This document shows positions 11,212 to 24,832 of a stretch of DNA of 64,000 nucleotides, piece by piece. This stretch comes from Neodothiora populina (lineage: Eukaryota): assembly GCF_041146345.1 (NCBI RefSeq), contig NW_027191410.1, positions 1,302,001 through 1,366,000 of the forward strand. The letters run 5' to 3'. The notes below the pieces were generated by a model that had not been told where the DNA came from, ran no database searches, and worked only from the letters and a program-made list of their open reading frames with translations. Position 1 is the stretch's first letter. Each line of letters begins with the position of its first letter. A program made the translations under genes and the position numbers.

Positions 11212-14200
11212 CTACCAGGACAGGACCCAATCTTGAGTCCATGCGCCCGAGTTAGTGACGTTTTGCAGTCCAGTGATCTTCAGGACATTGCTTGTCGAGT
11301 TGTATTCGGCTCCACTGCTGACGCTGACACCGTTGAATGTGACATTTCCAGGTTCGCTTTTCACGCCCATGATTGTGACGTTGGCAAGCGAGTTTGTGTC
11401 TTTGTACAGACCTCTTGCGCTGGCGTAGAGACTGTTCTGCGCAACTGTGAAGTCAACAGACAATGTAGCGTTTTGCACAATGGACTCGCCATCATCAACG
11501 TAGAGCAGACCTGTGGCGGCACCCTCGGCATTGAGCGCACAGAGCAAGCTCCAGGAAGTGTTCCTCGATTCCGCCGTTGTCATTCTGGGTTCTTGTTGAG
11601 GCAGCACACTGCCACCGCGTACATAGAGGGGAATGTGACCCAGAGGAGCATCGATGGTCGTGTTTACACGGGCCTTGACATCCATAGCTGATTGAGTGTA
11701 CCAGTCGTACCAAACCTCGCCGTCACCAACTCCAGGGAAGACGCCGTCGACGGTAGTAGCACCCTGTTCGAGGACTGGGGTGACCAACAGACTAGGTCCG
11801 AGCAGGAATTGACGGTCTGCTGCAGCGAGAGTGGGATCATTGGGGAACTCCCAAGCCAGCGCGCGCATAACAGTTGAGCCAGTGGTATGGGAGTTGTGGA
11901 AGAGAGTGTAAAGATAAGGAAGCAGTGAATAACGGATCGTCATAGCTGTCTTTGAGGCTTCCATGACGGAAGACCAAACTATGAGGCGAGTCAGCGAATG
12001 TGCACACACGAAGTGCTCCAGCAAAACCTACCGTAGGGCTCCTGGGGGTTGGCTGAAAGGGTGTTGTGGTTCCTGTAAAACGGAAAGAATGCGCTGAGCT
12101 GCATCCATCGGTTGCAGAGTTCTTCGTCCGAGTTGCCGTTGAAGCCACAGGTGTCCACGCCGAACATGGGAATGCCGAATAGAGCAAAGTTAAGTGCCTG
12201 AGGAATGGAAAAGAACATGTACGCGAAGCGAGAGGCGTTGTCGCCACCCCAGTGACCAGCCCACTTTCCAGCCCCCGCGAAGGTACTGCGTCCGATGATG
12301 AACGGGCGCTTCTCTGGGATTGCAGCTAGCAGGGCTTGGTAGGTCGCATTCAAGATCTGAAGACCGAAAAGGTTGTGGACGTCATATTCCTCAGTGCCAT
12401 CGGCATGTGTGGCATTTGGAGACACTGCATGGACTGCCAAGTCTCCATTCACGTTGTTGATGGCGTACGGCGGGTAATTCACGTCACGAACACCTGCAGT
12501 TGGGGTAGTGAACAAGTACGGAACAGTTGCGCTAGATCCTGCTGTAGCCGCAGCCACAGAGGATTGAGAAGCTGATGATGAAGATGCAGCGGCAGCTTCG
12601 GTCGAGTTTGTAAGATTGAAGTTTTCGGGGTAGTCAAAGATGACATTTCCAGCCTCTCCAGGAAGAGAAAAGGGCGGGTGGACGGGGTTCAGTGACAGAT
12701 TGCCAGAACCGCAGCTTCCAACACAGAATGACGAGACCTCGGACATATCGATCCAAGCACCGTCGATTGGAATCCTCCTGTGCCAGTCGACGAAAGAATC
12801 GACCCACCAAGAGACTGCGTCTTCGGAGATCCAGTCAGGGAAAACGGTGTAGCCTGGCCAAACACTACCAATGTACTCTGAGGAGTCTGGGTTTTTCATG
12901 AAAACGTCACGCTCATGACCATCAGTGTATACCGAGTACGCGTCGGTCTCATTGTCCGGATTCGGGATATAGATTGCGGAATCAATGATGACCACGTAGT
13001 GTTGACCATTGTCGTGGAGACGTGTGATAAACTCTTCACCCTGCTCGTAAGGGAAAGTGTTAGGGTCCTGCGTGAAATCACGGTATTGGAACATGTAGTC
13101 GATATCTGACTTTGTTAGCTCTTTCTACTTGGCGCGCGAATTCCCGGCGTGAACTTACCATTCCAGATGGTCTCAAGTGGTATATCGTAGTTGGAAAAAT
13201 TATCTACAACCTCTTGCATCTCGGTCCAGTTCTTGTATCCCCAACGACATTGGTGGTACCCGAAAGTCCAGTATTGCTGCATAGCTGGTAACCCAACAGC
13301 TCCTGTCTGATACTGCTGCGCCACATCCGCAGCGGTTGGACCATCGAAAAAGTACATGTCAATGCTGCCTCCAAGGGTGCGCCAAGTGATATTGTTCGGT
13401 TGCATGAGAGCTTCCATGCCGTGCGAGTTGCGCAGATACACACCATGACTGTAAGAGACATATGTGGCATTGGCGGTTGCATTTCCAGTGAGCAAGGTCA
13501 TGTTCCCCTCTGCGCCGTCGACCTCGTAGTAGCGAGTGTCAACATAGAAAGGGTGATTACCGTACAGGTTGTAGTCGATTGGATCTCCTACATCTGCAGC
13601 ATAGAAGGTTGCCGTAAAGTTGTTTCCTAGCCTCAGACCATGAATACGTTCACCCATACCGTAAAGATTGTAGTTCTCTGGCAGGGCACTGCCGAATTCG
13701 ATGAATTGGTTTTCGTAGACGAGGACCGTACCCTCGGTAGAGAAGATGACATCCCCTGTAGACTTACGCAAAACAGTGAATGAGAAACTAGGTTCATTGC
13801 TCCATGTGAATTGCAAATCACTCTCGCTAGTGGAGTTGATGCCTTCTTGCTCTGGCAAGTCGATCAGGTTTTCAGGAAGAATAAATTGAGTTATGTTTTC
13901 AGCAGACAAATAAGCGGGTGAGATGTTGACACCGAGACGATGAGAAGATTGGTATGCCACGGTAAGATTCAGGACATCGACATCTGTGCCGTAGACATCA
14001 CACTAAGCAACTCATCAGTTCCTCAACCTAGGTTCTTGAGTAGCGCATGTAACTTACGGCATCTCCGGCCAGGGTGAGGATCGCAGTGAATCCATAGGCG
14101 GACCGCTTCACGTTCGAGGCAGTATAGCCAGGACAGACTGTTTGGGCGTCGGTGGCATTTGGGTCTTTGATGTTAGGTAGAATGTTTTGCCCTACGTCAG

Positions 14201-14417
14201 CAGCAGCGGGAACAGTGAATTGAACACTGTAGGTTGATTGCGTGCCGTTGACGAGCGCAGTCCCTACGGTTGCTGACGCAGAAGAGCTTACAGATGGAGA
14301 TTGTACTCCATCTGCAGGACTGGATGCAGTACCGGTAGAGGTTTGGGCTTGCGCAGTGCTGCAAAGCAGGAGGCCCTGAGCAATGGACGCTGCCCAAGAG
14401 CGTGTTAGACGCACCAT
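11212..14417 (-). CDS. Secreted GH31 alpha-glucosidase; 4 exons
   Basis: Signal peptide, GYHQCRWGY, nucleophile motif WIDMSE, GHWGGDN acid/base motif, FFPFYRNHN; exon ORFs joined by GT-AG introns. Confidence 0.95.
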
Positions 14418-15498
14418 ACTGGGCAAGCTCTTGGTGATTGGGAACGAAGCTTGTGGTGAAGGACGAGAGAAGAGTCGAATGATTTGTCTCTATTCTAGAG
14501 GATTACCTAGCAGCCACTTTATATAAGGTACTTCTGTCATGCGATGCCGGAACACAACATGCCAGCCTGAATAAGTTCCAAGGTTACCTTACCTACCAGG
14601 TACTGTTCAAGATTTACTCGTAAACATGTACAAAGGCAATACCCCGCAGTGTCGGACCTTCCCCGAGCTAGAAATGATATTCAGGCACCAGACCAAGGTG
14701 AACTACGAAGGAACAGCGAATAAGCGGATATCTGGCTGTGGATTTCTGGAATGCGGGGATCATGGCCGATGGCGCGAGGAGGACGTGATTGTGTCGCAAT
14801 ACTTTTTTTCTTCGTCTCATACCACAGGCGATCGTCGTATCCCTGTGTATGTACTTAAGGTTCAGATACAAGGTTTAGCCTTCGACGTCAATGCTTCGGT
14901 TCTCCACAAGTGGAGGCGGCACTGGGGCAAGATGTGGAGAACACATGGAGATTTGCTAGGCTTTTGAGATGTGATTCGTGGAACTAGTGAGGCTCGTCAC
15001 TCCATCACGGTCCGAGAGCAGATCAGAGCAGGAGCCTCATACGACATATAGTCGGAATGTGTCACGTCCATATACAAGTAGGTTGCCTTGGCTGGATCTT
15101 TACTGCACACTTCTTCTGCAGCTTTCGGTGTCATTTTCGGGGTTATTCTCGGGGTCCCTAAGACCGACAAAAGAGGAATCCCCGTGATTCCATCAATTGA
15201 CACCTCTATTCCTCGTACCCGTACCGCGGTTGGCCAATGTAACCAATTTTTTTTTTACCAAGGCATACTAATAAGATGTGCCTTTGCAATGTCGAAACAT
15301 GATCTGGTTAGCCGGGACGTATCTAGCTTTGGAAAAGATTGTGTTCTCAGTCGATGAAACATGTCCATATTATCTATGTAAAATAGTCGTATGCGAAACA
15401 ACAAATGCTTCGCAGGTGCATTGCAATACTCGTCAAATTGTTATATAACCATCAAGCAGATCCAAGAATATGTCCACCGAAGCGGCGTTGGCTACAGC

Positions 15499-16963
15499 TT
15501 AGTACTTGGTGAGGCTCGGGCTTCCGGCACATGGAGGGGCAGAAAACTTGGTCTCAACGAAAACCTTCTGCATGCCGTCTTCTTTCTTGTCAAACTTGTG
15601 ATAGACCGTCTCGAGATCTTCGACGCGCACTCTGTGTGACACCATCTTGAGAGGGTCAATCTTGCCTTCTTGGATCATCACAAGAAGTTCCTCCCAGTAT
15701 TTGTGGACAGGAGCTTGGCCGTTGCCGATGAAGCGGATGCCACGGTTCATAACAGATCCGATGTTGAAATGGTTTGTCTGTGATAAGATCAGATTAGTAC
15801 CGCACCGAATATTGCACATGGATTACTTACGTATCCAACGTAGACACCAGTGATGCCAACGCTTCCGAAACCTCGCACACTCTCAATCATCTCGTTTAGA
15901 ATCTCACTTGTGTCTGTCTCGAGGCCAGTAGCGATCTCTAGCTTGTGAGCCCAACTCTGAGGATATTCGCCGGCGACGCACTCGAGCGCCACATTCGGAC
16001 CAACTCCTTCAACCATTTCCTTGAGCTTGCTTACGACAGTCTCACCCTTGGGAAGCTCCAGGAAGTTGATGGTCTCCACGTTGGGGTACATCTCCTTGAC
16101 CCTGTCGAGACGCCAATTGCAGTCAATCACAATGACTCGTTTAGCACCGTTGATGTAGCAAAAGTCGATGCACATCTGTCCGATGGGGCCAGCACCCCAG
16201 ATGGCAACGACGTCGCCCTCCTTGACACCGGTGTCAACCACGCAGTTCCAGCTCGTGCAGATGACATCGGACAGGTAGAGACCCTTCTCGTCGGGAACAT
16301 CGTCGGGTAGTTTGAGCAAGTTGACGTCGCCAAAGGGAATCCGCGTGTATTCCGACTGACCTCCGGCAAATCCTCCGGTGAAATGCGAGTATCCAAAGAA
16401 GCCAGCGGTGTTGCCTCCGTACATGCCTCGCTCAATGGTGTTGGCATTGGTCCTGCAGCATTGAGAAGACAGCTTCTGCTTGCAGTAAATGCAGTCACCA
16501 CACGCAATCTGGAAACTCGCCACGACTCTGTCTCCCTTCTTCAGATTGGTGACGCCCGTTCCGACTTCGTCGACTATACCGCAGAACTCATGACCGAGGA
16601 TATCGCCCTTTTGCATCTCTACAACAGAACCGTGGAGGAGATGGAGATCACTTCCACAGACGGTGCTACCCGTAATCTTGAGGATAACATCACGGTCCTC
16701 GATGAGGATGGGCTTCGGAACGTCAATGACTTTGACGTTGTTCTTGCCCTGGAACGTCAAGGCCTTCATCATCACACTGGTATCTCCATACTTGTTGTTG
16801 TTGAGAGCTGGATTCGTAACACTGTTGATACAACCATCATCAGCAAATGTCATCAATACTGCTGCTTCTCAGCTCCCGATCGAACGCACTCTTGTATCGT
16901 AACGGCATTGTCTCCGTGGCCAATGGCCTGCTCAACCTTGAAAGCTGCCTGTGACATTGCCAT
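15499..16963 (-). CDS. Zn-dependent medium-chain dehydrogenase (formaldehyde dehydrogenase-like); 3 exons
   Basis: CGSDLH, GHEFCG, structural Zn site CGDCIYC..C, GAGPIG Rossmann motif; first exon MAMSQAAFKVEQAIGHGDN (start 16963 or 16957). Confidence 0.9.
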
Positions 16964-18112
16964 GTTTGCGAGCGTAGTGGGTGACTTGATGTGGAGGGAT
17001 GTTGTAAGAATATGCTTCACTAGTAAGGTATAATAATCAAAGGATGAGACCTTCCTTATTTCTCATTAGAATGTTCCCAAACTTTATACCCTTTTCGAAA
17101 AAGGAATGTTGTACCATCGTAGCTGGTACTACTAAAACACCCGCGACCCTCCGTTTCAGACATTAAAAGTGTATACGTCAGGCTGAGCAAATGTGTTAAT
17201 CCTACGTCATCCAGCGCTCATTAGCGTCGTCAAAATCACGGCACAAATGCGCCAACAAAGACCCGCCATGGTAGAGTATGAGTACATCTACACAATGCCT
17301 CCTACGCGAGGCGTTTGTGTAACTAGGTAGTCCGTTGGACATGAGTCGAGCGCAGTCTGTTGGATATAAGCCGAGCGAAGTCCGTTGAACGTGAGCCGAG
17401 CGAAGTCCGACACCCACCCGGAATCCTCGTTATCAGCAGCTTGTACAAGTATAGGACTTTCGTAGTGGAAAACTGAGCCATATTGTGATGTCAGGGGCTG
17501 CGGCTTCTGAAATCCACTGTGAACGGTATTTGTGATTTTGTCCAGATGCCTTCTCCATGCAAGAGAGACGGTGCTGTGGAGGACGACCCAAAGAGCTTCC
17601 TGCAGATAGATGAAAGAAGATGCGTAAGCTTGGCAACGTTCCCCGCGGTCGGCGCCTCACTTCTCCGTGCCCCTCATCGACCCCTTGCCTTACCTTACCT
17701 CGTGAGGCATCCCTTGGCCTGCAAGAACCCCCCAGATAGCGTTTTGCACTCGCACCATTGCTCTCATCAGTGTTTCTGAGTTGCTCGTATCAAAAAATTA
17801 TCAAGAAGCTATCAAGAAGTTGAGTATCAGAATGGTGTCAGTAGCACAAGTACCTTAGATGGCAAAGAACATTCTTGTCTCAAGGTAGCAGCATTTGTTG
17901 GATTAAAGTAAGGCATCCGGCGCACGTCCCGAACAGGCAGGTAGAGTAATGTCACTTGGCCGGAGTGGCTACAGCTCGTGTTCGGGCAACGTTTGGCCAT
18001 GGTTGCATGATCAAGAAAAAGGTGTATCCAATAGCTCACGTCTTTCAGTCGTGATACTAATGCTCTAGTCCTCCATTAACACGGAAAATAGTAATCATCC
18101 ATCAAGGTAGTC

Positions 18113-19537
18113 ATGGATAGCTCTTTCGACGTAGTTGCTACTAGGAAGCAATTCCCCGCGCTCGACAAGAGCCAAATTTACTTTGACAACGCTGGTGGTA
18201 GTCAAGTACTTGGTCAAGTTGCTGAAGCGTACGTACTCGAGATATTAAGAACATCAGTGACAAGCGTGGTTGACCATGTACAAGCATCTCGAACTATCTG
18301 TTGTCTTCTAACGTACAGCTCGGTGCTTCATATCCCGTAGCACAACAGTCGACAGACCTTTTTGTGAAGGGCAAAGCAGCAGCTGCTACATATGTCAATG
18401 CATCACCTGCTGAAGTCGGTAAGATGGCTAAGGTGATACTTGGACAGGATGATTATTTCTGACGCGACACGTAGTGCTGGGACCTTCCACCACGCAACTT
18501 TTCCGGAATCTCTCATTAGCATTGTGGGAGCATCTGACTCCTGGCTCTGAGATTATCTTGTCTAAACTTGATCATGAGGCAAATGTCGCATCGTGGTTGC
18601 AGCTTGCCTCTTGGAGAGATCTCACCGTCAAGTGGTGGGGTTCGCCTGACAAGCACAACCCTCAGCTTGACTGCGAGGTACTTAAGACTTTACTGACTGA
18701 CAAGACCAAGCTGGTAGCATGTACCCATACCAGTAACATCCTGGGAACCATCAGTCCCATCAAGCAGATTGCCGAGACTGTCCATACCATCCCAGGCGCA
18801 CTTTTATGCGTCGATGGTGTGGCCTACGCTCCGCACAGGCAGATTGATGTCGAAGATCTCGGAGTCGACTTTTATTCGTTCTCGTGGTACAAAGTAAGTA
18901 TCGTAGCTCACGTGCCTCTCGTCCCCACTTGACGAATCAATCCAGGTGTACGGGCCTCACATAGCCATGATGTATGCGAAGCAATCGAGCCAGTCTTATC
19001 TTCGAACACTCGGTCATTATTTCAAGGGTACAAACAACCTTGAGGATCTGCTTGGCCTTGCAGCTGCGAACTATGAGCTGACATCTTCCGTACCGGTTGT
19101 TTGTCAGTATCTCAGTCAGATACCTTGGAACAGCATTGCAAAACACGAAGAGACCATCCAAGGTTTTCTCCTTGACTATCTCAGATCCAAGGATGCTGTA
19201 CAGATCTATGGCGAACCTACCGCTGATGCCAGCAAGCGTGTACCAGTCATCAGCTTCACGGTCAAAGGCAGAAGCAGCAGAAGCGTTGTTGAAGAAATCG
19301 AATCCACGAGTAACTTTGGATTTAGATGGGGTTCTTTCTATAGCAACAGATTGGTTCAGGAAGTTATGGGTTTGGATCCGGTGGATGGAGTGATAAGAAT
19401 AAGTCTTGTTCACTATAACAAAGGTAAGCTCAATCCCACGAACGCGTATTAGACCGGTGGAAATAATGGCTAACGTGGAGACAGCGGACGAGGTCAAGAG
19501 CTTCGTTCGAGTTCTGGACGAGGTCCTGGGCGCTTAA
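18113..19537 (+). CDS. Class V PLP-dependent aminotransferase fold, cysteine-desulfurase-like / UstD-like; about 5 exons
   Basis: FPAL..YFDNAGGSQ, DHEAN, SNILGTI, VDGVAYAPH, FSWYK (PLP lysine), RISLVHYN; stop TAA at 19535-19537. Confidence 0.88.
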
Positions 19538-19995
19538 TGTACGTCAAAGTTATCTGCTTGTCCTTAGAGGAGGGTACGCTATCTCAAGTATGTGTATGTA
19601 AGGTAATCAGAATAAACTTTTGGATAAGCAGTCCAGATCATGGAGAAAATCACAAACACCAAATACCGAATACAACACCCGACAATGTTCACGTACGTGA
19701 GCCAACGCTTGCCTCTTGGCTCAGCGATAATCTTCAGTCTGCTCACTGGATATCAATGGTCACAAGAGTCGGATGTGATATTGAGTTTGACGCTAACACA
19801 AACTCTACTTTACCCCACGACCGAGGTTCAATGACGGGAGTCAATGTTACGCGGGGGCTGGCCCAAGAGTCTGGGGTTACTGGCAGAGTAGAGGAGGAGA
19901 AGGACCACCTCATCTGGGGTAGGTAAGTCTATAAAGGTTGGATCCTCTGCATGGTCAATATATAAACATATCTGTCAACACTCATTACTAACAAC

Positions 19996-21654
19996 ATGTC
20001 TCCTTCCAAGGTATCAACCGTGCAATTTGACTCATTCTCGAACATTGTCGACGGGCAATGCCGTAGCGGCAAGTCCTTCCATCAAGGAATTAATCCGTCC
20101 AGTGGCGAGAAGCTGTGGGATGTTCCAATTGCCACCCAGCAAGATGTGGACGATGCCGTCCGTTCTGCAGAGAAAGCCTTTGTTTCCTGGAGCCAGACTA
20201 CACTTGCACATAGAAAGGACCTCCTGCAAAAGTTCTGTGATCTCTACATGAGCCACAACGATGAGATGACCGATCTGTTGTGTAAAGAGACTGGCAAGCC
20301 GGTGAGTCAGACATTGAAGCGGGAGTCAAGCACCCATCTCTGACAAGAACCAGCGTCAATTTGCAAGCTTTGAGGTCCAGGGTGTCAGCATGTGGTTCTC
20401 TCATCACTTGACGCTCGAGATCCCACAAGAAAGGGTTGAGGACGACGACAAGATCTTGACGACTCGTTACACCCCTCTTGGTGTAGTTGGTGCCATATGT
20501 CCTTGGAACTTTCCCCTTATCCTTTCTTTCGGAAAGATTATTCCAGCGATCCTTACCGGTTGCACCATCATTGTCAAGCCATCGCCCTTTACGCCATACA
20601 GTGCCCTCAAGGCAATTGAGCTTGCCCAAGAGATCTTTCCCCCCGGCGTACTCCAAGCTCTTGGTGGAGACGATAAGTTGGGTCCCATGATGACTGCTCA
20701 TCCTGGTATCGCCAAGATCAGTTTCACTGGATCTATTGCCACGGGTAAGAAGATCATGGAGGCCTGCTCGAAGACATTGAAGCGTGTCACCCTTGAACTT
20801 GGAGGCAACGACGCGTCTATTGTGCTTCCTGATGTAGACATCGAGAAGACCGCCCCAGAACTTGTTATGGGAGCTTTCCAGAACTCCGGCCAGGTATTTA
20901 CTCTTCAATTGCAACATATGCATGCTGCAACAACAATTTATGCGCCCAATTTTGGATCGCGCACAACGGTACGAGATGCTAATATTCATATCAGGTCTGT
21001 GTCGCGACTAAGAGGATCTACATCCACGAGAAAATCTACAAGCCAATGTTAGAGGCTATGGCAAAGGCCGCCGCTAATCTGAAAGTCGGCTCTCCGGACG
21101 AGGAAGGCGTCATGCTCGGTCCAATCCAGAACTCCATGCAATACGAGCGTGTCAAAACTTTCTTCGCGGACTCGAAGGAGAAGGGCTACAAATTCGCCAC
21201 GGGAGATCCAGACGTTGCCACCGGCAAGGGGTACTTCATTCAGCCCACGATTATCGACAATCCACCTAACGATAGCAAAATCATTGCCGAGGAACCATTC
21301 GGTAGGATACGCTCCATCTCTGCGGTTCGACCCTAGAAGCGATTACTAATATTTTCACTAGGTCCAATTGTGCCGACACAGCCATGGTCGGACGAAGAGG
21401 AAGTTATCGCTCGCGCAAATGGCACCAACACCGGCCTGGGCGCATGCGTGTGGAGTAAGGATGTAGAAGCAGCCGAGAAAATCGCAATGAGACTTCAAGC
21501 CGGCAGTGTCTTTGTCAATAGTTGGGAGAAGCCGACTCCTCAAGCAGTGTTCGGAGGACACAAGGAGAGCGGCATTGGAGGTGAATGGGGTACGCAGGGG
21601 CTTCTGGCTTACTGCAACCCTCACGTCATTCATACCTATAAGAGCAAGATGTAG
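19996..21654 (+). CDS. NAD(P)-dependent aldehyde dehydrogenase; 4 exons; PTS1-like SKM end
   Basis: ICPWNFP, KPSPFTP, FTGSIATG, LELGGND, NSGQ-VC (catalytic Cys across the intron), EEPFGP, FGGHKESG. Confidence 0.95.
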
Positions 21655-22018
21655 GGATGACTCGAGGACGATGTAGCGCAAATTTAACCCGATATGCAGT
21701 CACTGATTAAATAGAATCGAGCGATCAATTTCAAATGAACCATGCTGTTCATGTCTTATACCACGTCACGATGCGCTTTCATGCACACGAGACGAATGCG
21801 AGGCGTCAAGGCCAAGAGTATTGGTCTGTGCTTCTGCATCCTTCAATCCTTCGATCCTGCCAACTATTGTTCAAGGTAACGCTATCTTATATATTTCACA
21901 ATGATCGACTCCAAGCTATGGTACAAGTACCTGTATCTTGATTGGTCGATGAAGAAAGGTACAGATGTCCATTGAAGACGGATTCTTTGATTGAATTCTT
22001 TATTTTCACCCATTGAAA

Positions 22019-23241
22019 ATGAAACACTATCTCACCGTAGCGGTGCTACTGCTGGCGTCAACTTACGGGACGTACGCCCTTTTCGGATTCGGCTATAAGA
22101 ATGGACTACTGGCGCTGGTACAGGAGCAACTCAAGTCTGGTCATGTTGCAGACGGTGTCGCGGCCGAGGTCACTTCTCCGACAGGCATTGCGTCGGCAGA
22201 CGAGCAATTAGCTGGATTGCTGACCTTCTTCTGGCCTGTGCTAGACGGCAGTAGACCAGATGTATCCCTTCACTGCCTGTACTTCGGAGGTCAATGTATT
22301 GCGATGTGGACCATCACAGCGATTGAGGGTCTTCGTGCCGGTAACAGAGGTCGCATGGTCGCATGGTGAGTACTGCCGAGTTGTTGCAATTGCCATTTGC
22401 TAAGCTCTGCAGCACAACAATATACGGGTTATTGTTCCAGACGATAGGAATCGCGGTCGCAGCGCCACTTTATCTGGTCCTGCATCTAGCCACCTCTCCT
22501 ACTGCCACCAATCCCATGGTCGCAAATTCACAGGTAAACTCGAACGAGTTGCAAGCTCTGCCATTTAGTACGATCACTGGGTTTATCATCCCATCGATAT
22601 TCATGTCCCTGCACGCGCCAAGCTACTTGACCTGGGACATGAAGGCTTATGCAATCTTGCTTTGGCAGTTCTTTCCTTTGTGGTGCTACCTTTCGCAATG
22701 GGTCTGGAAACGCCTCTTCACTATCAGATCTGTTGGACCAAGGTCCCATCATCTCGATCCCGACAGGAACTTGATGGAAGTGCGAAATATGAGAAAAGTA
22801 TACTTCTTCGCCGTCGCATGCACAGCTATCATACACATCGGCGTATGGTCTGTCTCTGTTGCGGCTTTCATGTTTCCTTCTTCGTTCGCCGAAGGACTAG
22901 CTCCCAGTCTAGTACCCTCAAGACTTTTCGTCCCGACTGGTCCGTGGTCAAGTGTCAAGGCCGATTCAATTGCCACCGGAGCCCATTGGCTTTTGCAATG
23001 GGACCTCGTGATAAGCAGCTCCGCATATCTGCTATGGGCCTGTTATATGGCATTTAACACCAAAGCAAAGACGGAAAACATCCATGGGTATTTCCAAGAT
23101 GCGTTTGCGATGCTTTTGAAAGTATCTCTCCTAGGTCTGGCTGGAGCTGCGGCCTATACTATCTGGGAGAGGGACGAGCTAGTTTATAGCGAAAACCCAC
23201 GACAAAGGACATACGAACAAGCTAGTCGTAAGACGCTGTAG
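22019..23241 (+). CDS. Multi-pass membrane protein resembling the AtmA/PaxA/CtvD-like family; 2 exons
   Basis: Intron about 22366-22412; several hydrophobic helices; TGIASADEQLAGLLTFFWP, W....EGLRAGN, APLYLVLHL, WQFFPLW, LLQWD, WERDE segments. Family assignment from memory. Confidence 0.6.
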
Positions 23242-23575
23242 TGGTTCTTGTGAAAGCTCCCAAAGGAATACAACAACGTATGTCTATGAGAGTAAGCTAT
23301 GAGGCTCTGTGTTAGATGACAGCATTGTCTCTGGCTTCGTTGCTAGAGACTCGTCAAGTATCATGCCGTCTTCGCATATGCGAGGCCGCTACATGATAAG
23401 TAGCTCATCGGCATAGATTTTCCACACGGATGTGCTATATTTTGTCCAAGTAGATTGCCAGACCACGCTGTCACTGAAATAATGCAGATCGTACGAAGCC
23501 AAGGAGATACAGATAAGTTTCAAGTCGAATGCCTGAGTCCCCGATTGTATCAAAACTCCGATCCGTCTGCTGGGA

Positions 23576-24832
23576 TCATAGTCGTGCTGCGCGCTTGAGT
23601 AGATCGACAGCCTCTTTTGCCATTCCCCTATATCTGGTATCAGTGATCAGCACACGAATGTGTCGACAAAACACTTACCATGACGCCTGATAGCCTGCCC
23701 CGCCAGCACCGTAGTTGTGAATCACAAGATTACTGCGATACTGCTGTCGCTCTAACCTCGCACCGCCTTTCCTACTTGCTACAGTGTGTCAGTATAGTCT
23801 TAAGTCATGGCGGTTAAGAACGCATACGTCTTAATCCCACCGCGTGTGAAATGACTTTTAGATCTTCCGGCTTCCCCAATTCAGGAGCCAGTGCGCAACA
23901 TCGCCGTTTGATGTCTTCCGCGAACCCGAGATCTACTTTGCCATCCCAAACATTATCCAATCGACATCCTCCAAGAATGACGCCTCCATGTGGACCACGT
24001 GGGAAGATGTATGTTGTATCTTTGTCAACCCGACGAGGCGATCTGAAATACATCCTGTCGAGATTTCTGGGGGGATTTTCTACGAGCATGACTTGGCCCT
24101 GATTGTGGTCAGCAAATTTACCCTACATAGTAACAGCGGGTCGTACGCACTCGGGTCGGGTAGACATTTTTGTCTTCTACTCCTTTCAAAGAGTAAGAAC
24201 CAAGACCAGTACAATTGAAATAGGCCGTCGCTCCAGGATAAGCTCGAAAGAGATCCTCGATGCTGTCAAACATAGCACGATGTATCGCTATCCCGCTGGC
24301 AAGGACTTGCGATTGTAGCCTTATCAGGACGTCAGAAGGGCGAAAGGCGATGTGACTGCGCATTCGCTACTCACCATGGTAGATACACTTGAGTATCGAT
24401 GACGAAGGTATCTAATTCGTAACCAAATGCGACTCCCGAAGGAAGATCTCTACTCGGGATCATTCTGAGGCCCCCTACAAGGCTCTCATACCATATCTTC
24501 TTAGTCTTAACACTGAGCACACCTGCATCCTCAATCGGATTGTCGTAAACAGCGTATATCTCCATGTTCCTGACGCCTGTCTTGCTCGTATCATTGGCCA
24601 GATGTTTCAAACGTTCATACGTTACAGCATCCCAATCTTCCTGCCGACCGTTATCCGTAGCTACGGACAGCCAGTTTGCGCCTGCCCATGGTGAGGCATA
24701 TTCAGGATGGCGGTCGCCTGGTAAGAATTTCGCAACCAATGTGATCTTGGCATCTGGATATCTTTTGTGCAGCTCTAAGGCGGTCGTGAGACCAACTACA
24801 CCGGCCCCTAGAATGACATAAGATCCTGACAT
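23576..24832 (-). CDS. D-amino-acid oxidase (FAD), peroxisomal; about 5 exons
   Basis: GAGVVGLTTA, YASPWAGAN, NCTGLG, P.RGQ, YIFPR, VGLRP, HNYGAGGAGYQASWG; ends ..LKRAARL (PTS1 ARL), stop at 23576-23578. Confidence 0.93.
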
